Positions 18,075-27,134 of a DNA stretch of 64,000 nt are shown here, piece by piece (position 1 is the stretch's first letter; every line of letters begins with the position of its first letter). The DNA lies in the NCBI GenBank assembly GCA_963749075.1, contig CAVVLJ010000017.1, positions 736,001-800,000 on the forward strand. The letters are read 5' to 3'. Below the pieces are notes generated by a model. That model was not told the origin of the DNA. It saw nothing but the letters and a program-made list of their open reading frames with translations, and did no database searches. Both the position numbers and the translations under genes were made by a program. The stretch is from an uncultured Pseudomonadota bacterium. GTDB taxonomy: Bacteria; Pseudomonadota; Alphaproteobacteria; JACZXZ01.

Positions 18075-20420
18075 ATGAGCAAGCGAGCGGACGATCCCCT
18101 CGCGCATCCTTGGCCCGGACGCCTCGAGGATGCTGCCCTCCTGAGAGGCGCCGGGCGCTTCACGGACGATTTGCGGCTCCCCGGCGAGGCCTTCGCGGTC
18201 TTCGTGCGCTCGCCCCACGCGGCGGCGCGCATCCGCTCGCTCGACGCGGCACCGGCGCGCGGGTCGCCCGGCGTTCTTGCCGTGCTGACCGCCGCCGACA
18301 TGGCGGCGGCGGGGGTGGGCAATGTGTGCCAGCTCCGCCCCTTTCCCGGCCGCGACGGCAAGCCGCTCAAGGTGCCGCAGCGGCCGGCGCTCGCCGCGGA
18401 GTGCGTCCGCCACGTGGGCGAGCCGGTGGCCCTTGTGGTGGCCGAGAGCGAGGCCGCGGCCCTCGATGCGGCCGAGCGCGTCGCGATCGAGTACGAGGCG
18501 CTTCCCGCCATAGTCGATCTCGCGGACGCGGTGGCCCCGGGCGCGCCGCAGCTCTGGCCCGAGGCGCCCGGCAATATAGCGGTGGATTGGTCATCCGGCA
18601 CGGAAGAGACGAGACGCGAGGTGGAGCGGAGCTTCGCCGCAGCCGCGCACACAGCACGCATCCGGCTCGTCAACCAGCGCATCGTCGTCGCCTCCCTCGA
18701 GCCGCGCGGCGCCTTAGCTGCCTATGACGCCGCAACGGACGAACTCACGCTCCATACGGGCTCCCAAGGTGCCCAGGTGCTGCGCGACCAGCTCGCAGCC
18801 GCCCTCGGCCTGCCGCAGCAGAAGCTCCGCGTCGTGACCGGGGACGTGGGCGGCGGCTTCGGCATGAAGACCAGCGCCTATCCCGAGCACGCAGCCCTCC
18901 TCGTTGCCGCGCGCCGCCTCGGCCGCCCGGTGCGTTGGGCGGCGACGCGCTCCGAGGCCTTCGCGAGCGACAACCAGGCGCGCGACACAACGATGGAGGC
19001 ATCCCTCGCACTCGACAGCTCCGGCCGCTTCCTGGCACTCCGTGTCGAGGCGCTCGCCAACATGGGAGCCTACCTCTCCTCGCACGGCGCCTACATCGCG
19101 ACCTCCAACTTCGCGCGCTGCTTCCCAATCGTCTATGACGTGCCGCAGATCGAGGTCGCGGTGCGCTGCGTCTTCACCAACACGCTGCCGACAGGACCCT
19201 ATCGCGGCGCCGGGCGGCCCGAGGCGAACTACGCGGTGGAGCGCCTCGTCGAGGAGGCGGCGCACGTGACCGGCATCGACCGCATCGAGCTCCGACGGCG
19301 CAACCTGATAGCACCCGCCATGATGCCCTATCCGACGGCCGTGGGCGCCACCTTCGACAGCGGCGAGTTCAGGGCGATCTTGGATGAGGCGTTGCAGCAA
19401 GCCGACTATGCCGGCTTCCCGGCGCGGCGCCGCCGCTCGGAGGCCGCCGGCAAGCGCCGCGGCATCGGCGTCTCGTGCTTCCTCGAGCACGCGGGCGGGG
19501 CGCCCTTCGAGCCGGCCGAGATCGCCTTTCCCGGCGACGGCAGCGTGCGCGTGGGCCTCGCCGTGCAGGCGCTCGGCCAGGGCCACGCCACGGTGTTCCG
19601 CCGGCTCGCTGGGCACCTCCTCGGCATTCCGGAGAGTGCGGTGGCGCTCGCAGCAGGCGATACGCGCCTCGGTCTCACGGGCATGGGCACCGTCGCCTCG
19701 CGCTCGGCCGTGGTCGCGGGCACGGCGATCCACCAGGCAGCGATGCGCGTCATCGCCAAGGGGCGGCAGGTGGCGGCGCTGGCGCTGGAGGCGGACGAGC
19801 GCGATATCGAGTACGCCCGCGGCGCCTTCGCGGTCGCCGGGACCGATCGCCGCATCTCGCTCCTCGAGGCGGCGGAGCGCGCGGTCGAGCTCAAGCGGCG
19901 CGGCGAGATCGCCGAGACCCTCGACAGCCGCGAGACCGCCGAGGTGCCGCAGACCTTTCCCAACGGCTGCCACGTGGCCGAGGTGGAGATCGATCCGGAG
20001 ACCGGCAATGCCGTGCTCGCCGCCTACACCGCGGTCGACGATTGCGGCACGGCGCTCGACCCGGTGATCGTCGAGGGCCAGGTGCAGGGCGGCATCGCCC
20101 AGGGCGTCGGCCAGGCCCTCCTCGAGCACGCGGTCTATGACCGCGCGTCAGGCCAGCTCTTGGCCGGCTCGTTCATGGACTACGCCATGCCGCGCGCCGA
20201 CGACCTGCCGGCGCTGGTTGCCTCGCTCCATCCCGTGCCCTGCCGCACGAACCCGCTCGGCCTCAAGGGCGTCGGCGAGGCCGGCACCACGGGCGCACTC
20301 GCCGCCGTGATGAACGCCATCGCCGACGCGCTGCCGCCGGGCGCCGCCGTCCAAATGCCGGCGACGCCCGAGAGGCTGTGGCGCGCCTGCCGCCATGCAG
20401 CAGAGAAAGAAAGGACCTGA
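18075..20420 (+). CDS. Xanthine dehydrogenase family Mo-binding large subunit (form II CoxL-like)
   Basis: VGGGFG, PYRGAGRPE, GQGH, GQVQGG, KGVGE; no small or medium subunit genes adjacent. Confidence 0.88.
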   Translation: MSKRADDPLAHPWPGRLEDAALLRGAGRFTDDLRLPGEAFAVFVRSPHAAARIRSLDAAPARGSPGVLAVLTAADMAAAGVGNVCQLRPFPGRDGKPLKVPQRPALAAECVRHVGEPVALVVAESEAAALDAAERVAIEYEALPAIVDLADAVAPGAPQLWPEAPGNIAVDWSSGTEETRREVERSFAAAAHTARIRLVNQRIVVASLEPRGALAAYDAATDELTLHTGSQGAQVLRDQLAAALGLPQQKLRVVTGDVGGGFGMKTSAYPEHAALLVAARRLGRPVRWAATRSEAFASDNQARDTTMEASLALDSSGRFLALRVEALANMGAYLSSHGAYIATSNFARCFPIVYDVPQIEVAVRCVFTNTLPTGPYRGAGRPEANYAVERLVEEAAHVTGIDRIELRRRNLIAPAMMPYPTAVGATFDSGEFRAILDEALQQADYAGFPARRRRSEAAGKRRGIGVSCFLEHAGGAPFEPAEIAFPGDGSVRVGLAVQALGQGHATVFRRLAGHLLGIPESAVALAAGDTRLGLTGMGTVASRSAVVAGTAIHQAAMRVIAKGRQVAALALEADERDIEYARGAFAVAGTDRRISLLEAAERAVELKRRGEIAETLDSRETAEVPQTFPNGCHVAEVEIDPETGNAVLAAYTAVDDCGTALDPVIVEGQVQGGIAQGVGQALLEHAVYDRASGQLLAGSFMDYAMPRADDLPALVASLHPVPCRTNPLGLKGVGEAGTTGALAAVMNAIADALPPGAAVQMPATPERLWRACRHAAEKERT

Positions 20421-20423
20421 GCG

Positions 20424-21513
20424 ATGCTCTACCGCTGTCTCCCTGCCGCGCAGCGCCCCGCTGTCTTGCGCGCTCCCGCAGCCGGCAAACGCGGCCGCAG
20501 CCGCCCATTCACCGTCGATGTCCACTGCCACGTGCTGACGCCCGCGGCCGAGGCCATGGTAGCACCTCACTGGCGGCCCGAGAGCGACCCTCTCGACCAC
20601 TTCTCGAATGCTGCCACGCGCGAGGTCAACCGCCGACAGGGCATCGCCATCCGCGAGCGCATCACCTCGACGGCAGCCCGGCTCGCCGCGATGGACAAGG
20701 CCGGCATCGACGTGCAGGCGATCTCGCCCGCGCCGTCGCAATACTATTATTGGTGCGAGCCCGAGCTCGGCCGTGCTGCGGCGCGCGCCATCAACGACAA
20801 CATCGCGGCGATCACGGCCGAGCACCCGGAGCGCTTCGTCGGCCTCGCCAGCGTGCCGCTGCAGGAGCCGCGGCTCGCCGTGGCCGAGCTCGAGCGCGCG
20901 ACGAAGAAGCTCGGTTTGCGTGGCGTCGAGATCTGCACCAACGTGGCCGGCACCGAGCTCTCGGAAGCCACGCTTCCGCAAGTTCTTCGCCAAGGCCGAG
21001 GAGCTCGGCATCGTCGTCTTCATGCATCCGAGCGGCTTCACCGAGGGCCGCCGCCTGGCCGACCATTACTTCTCGAACGTCATCGGCAATCCGCTCGACA
21101 CCACGGTGGCCTTGAGCCATCTCATCTTCGGCGGCGTGCTCGAGGCCTATCCCCGCCTCAAGATCGTGGCGGCCCACGGCGGCGGCTTCCTCCCCGCCTA
21201 TTCCGGCCGCATGGATCACGCGCACGCGGCGCGCGCGGACTGCCGCCGGCTCATCAAGAGGAAACCGACGAGCTACCTCAGGAAAGTCTACTTCGACAGC
21301 ATGGTGTTCACCCGCCACCAGCTCGAGTATCTCGCAAGCCTCTACGGCAGCGGCCACATCCTCCTCGGCACCGACTATCCCTACGACATGGGGATGGCGG
21401 ACCCGGTCGGCTTCATCGCGGGCGCGCGGCTCGGCGCCAAGGAGAAGGCCGCGATCATGGGCGGCAACGCGGCGCGGCTTCTCAAGATCAGGCGGCCTCG
21501 TTCCGCGCATTGA
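20424..21513 (+). CDS. Amidohydrolase_2 family protein (ACMSD-like); apparent +1 frameshift near 20965
   Basis: DVHCH in frame 20424; FMHP, AHGGG and GTDYPYDM in frame 20608; removing one A at GA(A)G restores ELSEPRFRKFF. Confidence 0.85.
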
Positions 21514-21614
21514 GGAAGCAGGCTGGCCCCTCGGTTGCGGCGGCCCAAGCCGCAGGATAGGCTGGCGCGCAACGAGCGAGATTTAGCCGGCACAAGAGGT
21601 GGGAGGGCGCTGCC

Positions 21615-22253
21615 GTGAGGCTCTATAGCTATTACCGCTCGCAAGCGACCTTCCGCGTGCGCATCGCCCTCAACCTCAAGGGCATCCCGCGCGAGGACAG
21701 TTTCATCCACCTCGAGCGCGGCGAGCAATCCGCCGCCTCTTACAAGGCGATCAATCCCCAGATGGCCGTGCCCACCTTGCTCGACGGCAAGGCGAAGCTC
21801 ACCCAGTCGCTCGCCATCCTGGAATATCTCGAGGAGAGATACCCTGAGCCGCCGCTCCTGCCGGCGGATCCCCTGGCCCGCGCCTGGGTGCGCGCGCTCG
21901 CCCTCATCAACGTGGCCGATTCGCACCCGCTCATCGTGCCGCGCATCCGCAAATACTTCACCGAGGTCCTGAAGCTCGGCGAGGCTGAGCGGCTCGCCTG
22001 GATCCAGCATTGGCTCGGCCTGGGCCTGGACGCCATGGAGACGCTCCTCGCCGAGCATCCCGAGAGCGGCCGCTTCTGCCACGGCGAGACGCCGACCATG
22101 GCCGACATCTGCCTGGTGACCCAGGTGACCCCGGCCAAGATGTTCAAATGCCCGTTGGACGCCTATCCCAGGGTGACGCGAGTTTACGACAGCTGCATGG
22201 CCATCCAGGCCTTTGCCGACGCGCATCCGCTGAAGCAGCCCGACGCGGAGTGA
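21615..22253 (+). CDS. maiA: Maleylacetoacetate/maleylpyruvate isomerase (zeta-class GST)
   Basis: LYSYYRS..FRVRIALNLKG, NPQMAVP, LTQSLAILEYL, AHPLKQPDA. Confidence 0.88.
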   Translation: MRLYSYYRSQATFRVRIALNLKGIPREDSFIHLERGEQSAASYKAINPQMAVPTLLDGKAKLTQSLAILEYLEERYPEPPLLPADPLARAWVRALALINVADSHPLIVPRIRKYFTEVLKLGEAERLAWIQHWLGLGLDAMETLLAEHPESGRFCHGETPTMADICLVTQVTPAKMFKCPLDAYPRVTRVYDSCMAIQAFADAHPLKQPDAE

Positions 22254-22270
22254 CGGCGCCGGCCGGGCAC

Positions 22271-22354
22271 ATGACTTCCGCTCAGATGCGCCGCATGATT
22301 ATCTTGGTAAGAGAATATTCGCGCGCACACATGGATCGGAGGCGACGGCGATGA
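22271..22354 (+). pseudogene. Possible C-terminal stub of a RelE/HigB-type toxin
   Basis: Lower-GC stretch MTSAQMRRMIILVREY... whose stop overlaps the antitoxin ATG (ATGA), at the usual toxin position. Confidence 0.3.
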
Positions 22355-22659
22355 GCAAGGCGAAAGGCAGGATCGGCACACTGATCGTGGAGGCGCTCGC
22401 GGAGGCAGTGGCCGATGCACAGGGCAAGCGCACCGGAATGCGCAAGCGGATCGTCACGGTGCCCGTGGATGTCGACGTGAAGGCGATCCGCAGGCGGCTC
22501 GGCATGTCCCAGTCGCAATTCGCGGACCGTTTTGGATTTCCGCTCGGCACGGTGCAGAATTGGGAGCGCGGCCACCGGCGTCCAGAAGGTGCTGCCCGCG
22601 CACTTCTCAAGGTGATTGAGAAGCGTCCCGACGCGGTCATCGAGGCACTCTCAGCATGA
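22351..22659 (+). CDS. XRE-family HTH protein, HigA-like antitoxin
   Basis: VDVKAIRRRLGMSQSQFA...TVQNWERGHRRPEGAARALL; GGAGG RBS. Confidence 0.85.
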   Translation: MSKAKGRIGTLIVEALAEAVADAQGKRTGMRKRIVTVPVDVDVKAIRRRLGMSQSQFADRFGFPLGTVQNWERGHRRPEGAARALLKVIEKRPDAVIEALSA

Positions 22660-23849
22660 GGCACGAAGGTCCGGTCGGCGCTTCCTCCAAGCCGCGCGAC
22701 AGAGGACTCTCAGCGTCAGAGTCGCCCGCCGCGGAAGCGGACGAGAGGGCCGCTCGCCTCACCGCGGTCTACCGCGTGCGCGCCGAGGCGGGTGCCATCG
22801 AGGCACGCGCCGAAGCGATCGCGGTCGAGCAGAGCGTCGAGATGCCGGTCTCCGCGATCGACGACCCGAAGGTGCTCGCCGACATCGTCGGGCGGGTCGA
22901 GGGCATCGCCGATCTCGGCGGCGGGCTCTTCGAGGTGCGCATCGGCCTTGCGGCTGAGACGGTGGGCTCGGAGCCGGGGCAGCTCATGAACATGCTCTTC
23001 GGCAACAGCTCGATCCACGAGGACGTGGAGCTTCACGACGCGCTGATCCCGCCGGAGCTGGCCGCCGCCTTTGCCGGGCCCAATCGCGGCCTCGCCGGCT
23101 TGCGCGCCATGATCGGCGGCGCAAGGCGTGCTTTCACCTGCTCGGCGCTCAAGCCCCAGGGCTTGCCGGCGCGCGAGCTCGCGGCACTCGCCGGCCGCCT
23201 GGCACTGGGCGGCCTCGACTTCATCAAGGACGATCACGGCCTCGCCGACCAGCGCTACAGCCCCTTCGCCGAGCGGCTTGCGGCCTGCGCCGCCGCGGTC
23301 GAGAAGGCGAGCGAGGCGACCGGCCGCACCGCGCGCTACGTGCCGAGCCTCTCCGGCAACCTCGATTCCTTGCGCAGGCAGATGGCGCTCGCGCGCGCGG
23401 CCGGCATCGAGATGGTGCTCATCGCCCCCATGGTCGTCGGCCTGCCGCAGCTCGCCCAGCTTGCGCGCGAGAATCCGGAGATCGCCTTCATGGCGCATCC
23501 GGCGCTCGCCGGAGCCGCGCGCATCGCACCGCCGCTCCTCTTGGGCAAGCTCTTCCGCCTCTTGGGCGCCGACGCCACGATCTTCCCCAACCACGGCGGC
23601 CGCTTCGGCTATTCGCGCGAGACCTGCCTGGCGCTCGCAGAGGCCGCGCGCGCGCCTCAGCCGGCGATCCGGCCCGCGGTCCCCGTGCCGGCCGGCGGCA
23701 TGACGCCCGCGCGCGTGCCCGAGATGCTCGAGTTCTACGGCCCGGACTGCATGCTTCTCATCGGCGGCGGCCTGCTCGCCGCGCGCGGGCGGGTGACCGA
23801 GGAGACGGCGGCCTTCACCCGCCAGGTCGAGCAATACGCCTATCGCTGA
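22656..23849 (+). CDS. rlp: RuBisCO-like protein (form IV), probable 5-methylthioribulose-1-phosphate isomerase
   Basis: IAVEQSVEMP, LKPQG, DFIKDDHG (His in place of the RuBisCO KDDE Glu), FPNHGGRFGY, PAGGM; resembles Rhodospirillum rubrum RLP as I recall it; start uncertain. Confidence 0.88.
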   Translation: MRHEGPVGASSKPRDRGLSASESPAAEADERAARLTAVYRVRAEAGAIEARAEAIAVEQSVEMPVSAIDDPKVLADIVGRVEGIADLGGGLFEVRIGLAAETVGSEPGQLMNMLFGNSSIHEDVELHDALIPPELAAAFAGPNRGLAGLRAMIGGARRAFTCSALKPQGLPARELAALAGRLALGGLDFIKDDHGLADQRYSPFAERLAACAAAVEKASEATGRTARYVPSLSGNLDSLRRQMALARAAGIEMVLIAPMVVGLPQLAQLARENPEIAFMAHPALAGAARIAPPLLLGKLFRLLGADATIFPNHGGRFGYSRETCLALAEAARAPQPAIRPAVPVPAGGMTPARVPEMLEFYGPDCMLLIGGGLLAARGRVTEETAAFTRQVEQYAYR

Positions 23850-23877
23850 GGCGGCCGGAGAGAAAGGAGAGCGCGGC

Positions 23878-25194
23878 GTGGCGATCGTTCTCGAGGGTGC
23901 CGCCGTCATCGCCATGGACGAGGGGAACCGCGTGCTCCCCGCGGCCGACCTGCGCATCGAGGGCGAGCGCATCGCGGCCCTCGGCGAGGCGGGCACGCTC
24001 CGGCGCGAGGGCGACCAGGTGCTCGATTGCCGCGACCGGCTGGTGATCCCGGGATTCGTCGATACCCACACGCACGTGGCGGCCGGCCTCTTCCGCGGCC
24101 TCGTCGAGGACGTGGCGCGGGAGCATTGGCGCGACGGCTACGCCATCCCCGGAGAGGAGCGCTTCCGCCCCGAGGACTATCTCCTCGCCGCGTGCGCAGC
24201 CTGCTGCGAGCTTTTGCAGAACGGCGTCACCTGCATCGCCGACCGCTGGGCCGGCATGCTGGCGATCTCGGAGGAGATCGCGCGCACCGGCATCCGCGCC
24301 GTCGTCGGCCACACGCTCAGCGACGCCAAGGCCAAGGCAGAGTGGCCGGCCGCGGAGGCGCTCCTCGAGCGCTGGGGTACCGCGCCCGCGAGCCGCATCA
24401 GCGCCGGCATCGCCCCCCATGCACCCGACACCTGCTCGGACGCGCTGCTGCGCGCTTGCGCGGATGCGGCCGAGAAGCACGGCTGCCGCCTCTTCATCCA
24501 CGCGGCGCAGAGCGAGTGGGAGATCGAGCGCCTCCGCGCGCGAGGCTACCGCGGCCTCCTCGATTGCTTCACGCAGAACGGGCTCACGGGCCCCCACGTG
24601 GTGGCGGCGCACTGCATCTATCTCGAGGAGCGCGAGATCGCGGCGTGGCCCGGGAGCGGCATCTCGATCGCCCATTGCCCGGCGAGCAATCTCAAGATCG
24701 AGGCGCGCACCATGCCGCTTCACCGCTTCGTCGGGCGCGTCGCCGTCGGGCTCGGCACCGACTGGGCACCAAGCGACAACGGCATGGACATGCTGGCCGA
24801 GACGCGGCTCGCGGCCCTCGTCGGCAAGCTCCTCGCCGGCGACCCGACCGCCCTCCCCGTCGCCGCCATGCTGCGCATGGCGACCATCGAGGGCGCCCGC
24901 GTGCTCGGCCTCGACGCCGCCGTCGGCAGCATCGAGCCGGGCAAGCAGGCCGACCTCGCGGTCCTCGATCTCGCAACGCTCGAGGCCAACCCGCGCCACG
25001 ATCTCGCGGCCAACCTCCTCTATTCCATGAGCGCACGCTCGGTGCGCGACGTGATGGTGGCGGGCGAGTTCCTCGTGCGCGACGGCAGGCTCACCCGCTT
25101 CGATGCGGGCGAGCTGCAACGGGAGATGCGATCTCGTCCCTCTCCTCCTTTAGGAGGAGAGGGAGGGGCCCGTCGCGAAGCGACGGGAGGGTGA
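23878..25194 (+). CDS. Amidohydrolase, MTA/SAH deaminase-Atz/Trz superfamily
   Basis: PGFVDTHTH, APHAPDT, HAAQS, AHC, HCPASN, GTD, GSIEPGKQADL; AAGGAG RBS and GTG start. Confidence 0.87.
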   Translation: MAIVLEGAAVIAMDEGNRVLPAADLRIEGERIAALGEAGTLRREGDQVLDCRDRLVIPGFVDTHTHVAAGLFRGLVEDVAREHWRDGYAIPGEERFRPEDYLLAACAACCELLQNGVTCIADRWAGMLAISEEIARTGIRAVVGHTLSDAKAKAEWPAAEALLERWGTAPASRISAGIAPHAPDTCSDALLRACADAAEKHGCRLFIHAAQSEWEIERLRARGYRGLLDCFTQNGLTGPHVVAAHCIYLEEREIAAWPGSGISIAHCPASNLKIEARTMPLHRFVGRVAVGLGTDWAPSDNGMDMLAETRLAALVGKLLAGDPTALPVAAMLRMATIEGARVLGLDAAVGSIEPGKQADLAVLDLATLEANPRHDLAANLLYSMSARSVRDVMVAGEFLVRDGRLTRFDAGELQREMRSRPSPPLGGEGGARREATGG

Positions 25195-25280
25195 GGAGGG
25201 CGAGCGCATCAGCCTTTCGACGCGATTGGACAAATCACCTCCTCACCCTCCTCCTAAAGGAGGAGAGGGTAGGGTGAGGG
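25138..25280. repeat. REP-like composite palindrome overlapping the amidohydrolase 3' end
   Basis: Perfect 12-bp stem CCCTCTCCTCCT-TT-AGGAGGAGAGGG, inner CCCGTCGC-GAA-GCGACGGG hairpin, second related unit at about 25241-25280. Confidence 0.7.
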
Positions 25281-25371
25281 AGCGCGGCGCCGCAATGGCC
25301 TTTCTGGACTTGTCGGCGGGCGATCCTATATCTTGCTCGGCTCAACCTCTCGGAGCGAAGGTCCAGCACCC

Positions 25372-25842
25372 ATGGACAGCGACGCACTGCCCCGCCTGCT
25401 TGGCTTCCGCGACGGCTTCCGCTGGGACGGCATCGACCTCCTCCCCTACAAGGAGGAGGGCAGCGCCCCCTTCAAGTCGATCTCGCGCCAGACCCTCTTC
25501 TCGGACGCGCACTTGCGCTGCGAGCTGCGCTATTTCGAGATGGCGGCGGGCGGCTATTCGACCCTCGAGCGCCACGAGCACATGCACGCGGTGATGATCC
25601 TCCGCGGCCGCGGCCACTGCTTGCTCGGCCAGGAAGTGTGCTCTGTCAAGCAATACGACCTCGTGGCCATCCCGCCCTGGACCTGGCACCAGTTCCGCGC
25701 CACGGAAGGCGAGCCGCTCGGCTTTCTCTGCATGGTCAATGCCGAGCGCGACAAGCCGCAGCTCCCCTCCGAGGCCGAGCTCGAGGCGCTGCGCAGTGTT
25801 CCCGCCATCGCCGCTTTCCTCGACGGCGCCCTCGGCGTCTGA
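25372..25842 (+). CDS. Cupin, probable methylthio-xylulose-5-phosphate methylsulfurylase
   Basis: RWDG..LLPYK, LRYFE, STLERHEHMH, WHQF, FLCMVNAERDKP; co-located with the RLP. Confidence 0.8.
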   Translation: MDSDALPRLLGFRDGFRWDGIDLLPYKEEGSAPFKSISRQTLFSDAHLRCELRYFEMAAGGYSTLERHEHMHAVMILRGRGHCLLGQEVCSVKQYDLVAIPPWTWHQFRATEGEPLGFLCMVNAERDKPQLPSEAELEALRSVPAIAAFLDGALGV

Positions 25843-25861
25843 ACCGGTCGCCGCGCGTGCG

Positions 25862-25898
25862 ATCGCTTTTTCCGATTAATTGCGACGGAATTACTCGT
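25862..25898 (+). promoter_or_regulatory. OxyR-like (LysR) binding site upstream of ahpC
   Basis: ATCG-N7-CGAT-N7-GACG-N7-TCGT spacing, comparable to ATAG-N7-CTAT-N7-ATAG-N7-CTAT. Confidence 0.45.
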
Positions 25899-25969
25899 TG
25901 GCTCGATCGATGGCTCGACGCCATCTTCCTCCTTGCGACACCCTTTCACGCGAAGCGAGGAGAGCAGAC

Positions 25970-26509
25970 ATGTTGACCATCGGCGACAAGTTCCCGGCCT
26001 TCAAGCTCAAGGCCGTCGTCTCGAGCGACCCCAGGACCGCCTTCACCGAGCTCTCCGAGGCCTCCGACCGCGGCAAGTGGAAGGTCGTGTTCTTCTGGCC
26101 CAAGGACTTCACCTTCGTCTGCCCGACCGAGATCGCGGCCTTCGGCCGCTTGAACGGCGAGTTCAACGATCGTGATGCGGTGGTCTACGGCGTCAGCATC
26201 GACTCTGAGTTCGTGCATCTCGCCTGGCGCCAGAACCATGCCGACCTCAAGGCGCTGCCCTTTCCCATGCTGGCCGACCTCAAGCGCGAGCTCTCCCAGG
26301 CGCTCGGCATCCTCGACAAGGCGGAAGGCGTGGCGTTGCGCGCCACCTTCATCGTCGACCCCGAGGGCGTCATCCGCTTCGTCTCGGTCAACGACCTGAG
26401 CGTGGGGCGCAACCCGCAGGAGGTCCTGCGCGTGCTCGACGCGCTGCAGACCGACGAGCTCTGCCCGTGCAACTGGCAGAAGGGCGACGAGGTGCTCAAG
26501 GCCGCCTGA
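25970..26509 (+). CDS. ahpC: Peroxiredoxin AhpC
   Basis: FFWPKDFTFVCPTE and LCPCNW; GAGGAG RBS. Confidence 0.95.
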   Translation: MLTIGDKFPAFKLKAVVSSDPRTAFTELSEASDRGKWKVVFFWPKDFTFVCPTEIAAFGRLNGEFNDRDAVVYGVSIDSEFVHLAWRQNHADLKALPFPMLADLKRELSQALGILDKAEGVALRATFIVDPEGVIRFVSVNDLSVGRNPQEVLRVLDALQTDELCPCNWQKGDEVLKAA

Positions 26510-26576
26510 GCGGCGGTAGAGAGGGGCGGCCGCTCGGCCGCCCCGTCCCAACCGCGCCCCAAAAGGAGATCCCGCC

Positions 26577-27125
26577 ATGTCGATCGAAGCCATCAAGAGC
26601 CGCCTGCCCGAGTATGCCCGCGACCTCAAGCTCAACCTCTCGAGCCTGCTCTCCGAGCCCGTGCTCAGCGAGCAGCAGCGCTTCGGCACCTTCATTGCCT
26701 CGGCCCTCGCCGCGCGCAACCCCGAGCTCGCGGCCGCCCTCGAGGCCGAGCTCGGCCCGCGTCTCGCACCCGAGGCGTTCCAGGCGGCCAAGGCCGCGGC
26801 CGCCATCATGGCGATGAACAACATCTACTATCGCTTCATCCATCTCGCCGCGGCGGACGACTACCGCGCCATGCCCGCCAGGCTGCGCATGAACGCACTC
26901 GCCAGGCCGGGCGTGGAGAAAGCGGATTTCGAGCTGTGGTCGCTCGCGGTCTCGGCGATCAACGGCTGCGGCATGTGCATCGACGCGCACGAGCGCGAGT
27001 TGAGGAAAGCCGGCGTGCCGGCGGAGGCGATCCAGGCGGCGGTGCGCATCGCGGCCGTGGTGCATGCCGTGGCGGCGACGCTCGACGGCGAGCCGGCAGA
27101 CGCGGCGTCCCGCGCGGCCGCGTGA
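26577..27125 (+). CDS. ahpD: Alkylhydroperoxidase AhpD
   Basis: [31 protein letters not shown]; AAGGAG RBS. Confidence 0.95.
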   Translation: MSIEAIKSRLPEYARDLKLNLSSLLSEPVLSEQQRFGTFIASALAARNPELAAALEAELGPRLAPEAFQAAKAAAAIMAMNNIYYRFIHLAAADDYRAMPARLRMNALARPGVEKADFELWSLAVSAINGCGMCIDAHERELRKAGVPAEAIQAAVRIAAVVHAVAATLDGEPADAASRAAA

Positions 27126-27134
27126 GGGCGGGCC

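Noticed and set aside
18075-20420. A second true CO dehydrogenase
   Set aside because: It has PYRGAGR, not the Cu-binding AYxCSFR motif
22656-23849. RuBisCO / Calvin-cycle carbon fixation
   Set aside because: The motif is KDDH, not KDDE, there is no cbbS or prk, and a cupin is adjacent; this is a form IV RLP
26523-26544. GC hairpin between ahpC and ahpD as a terminator
   Set aside because: There is no U-tract; at most an ordinary mRNA-stabilising stem
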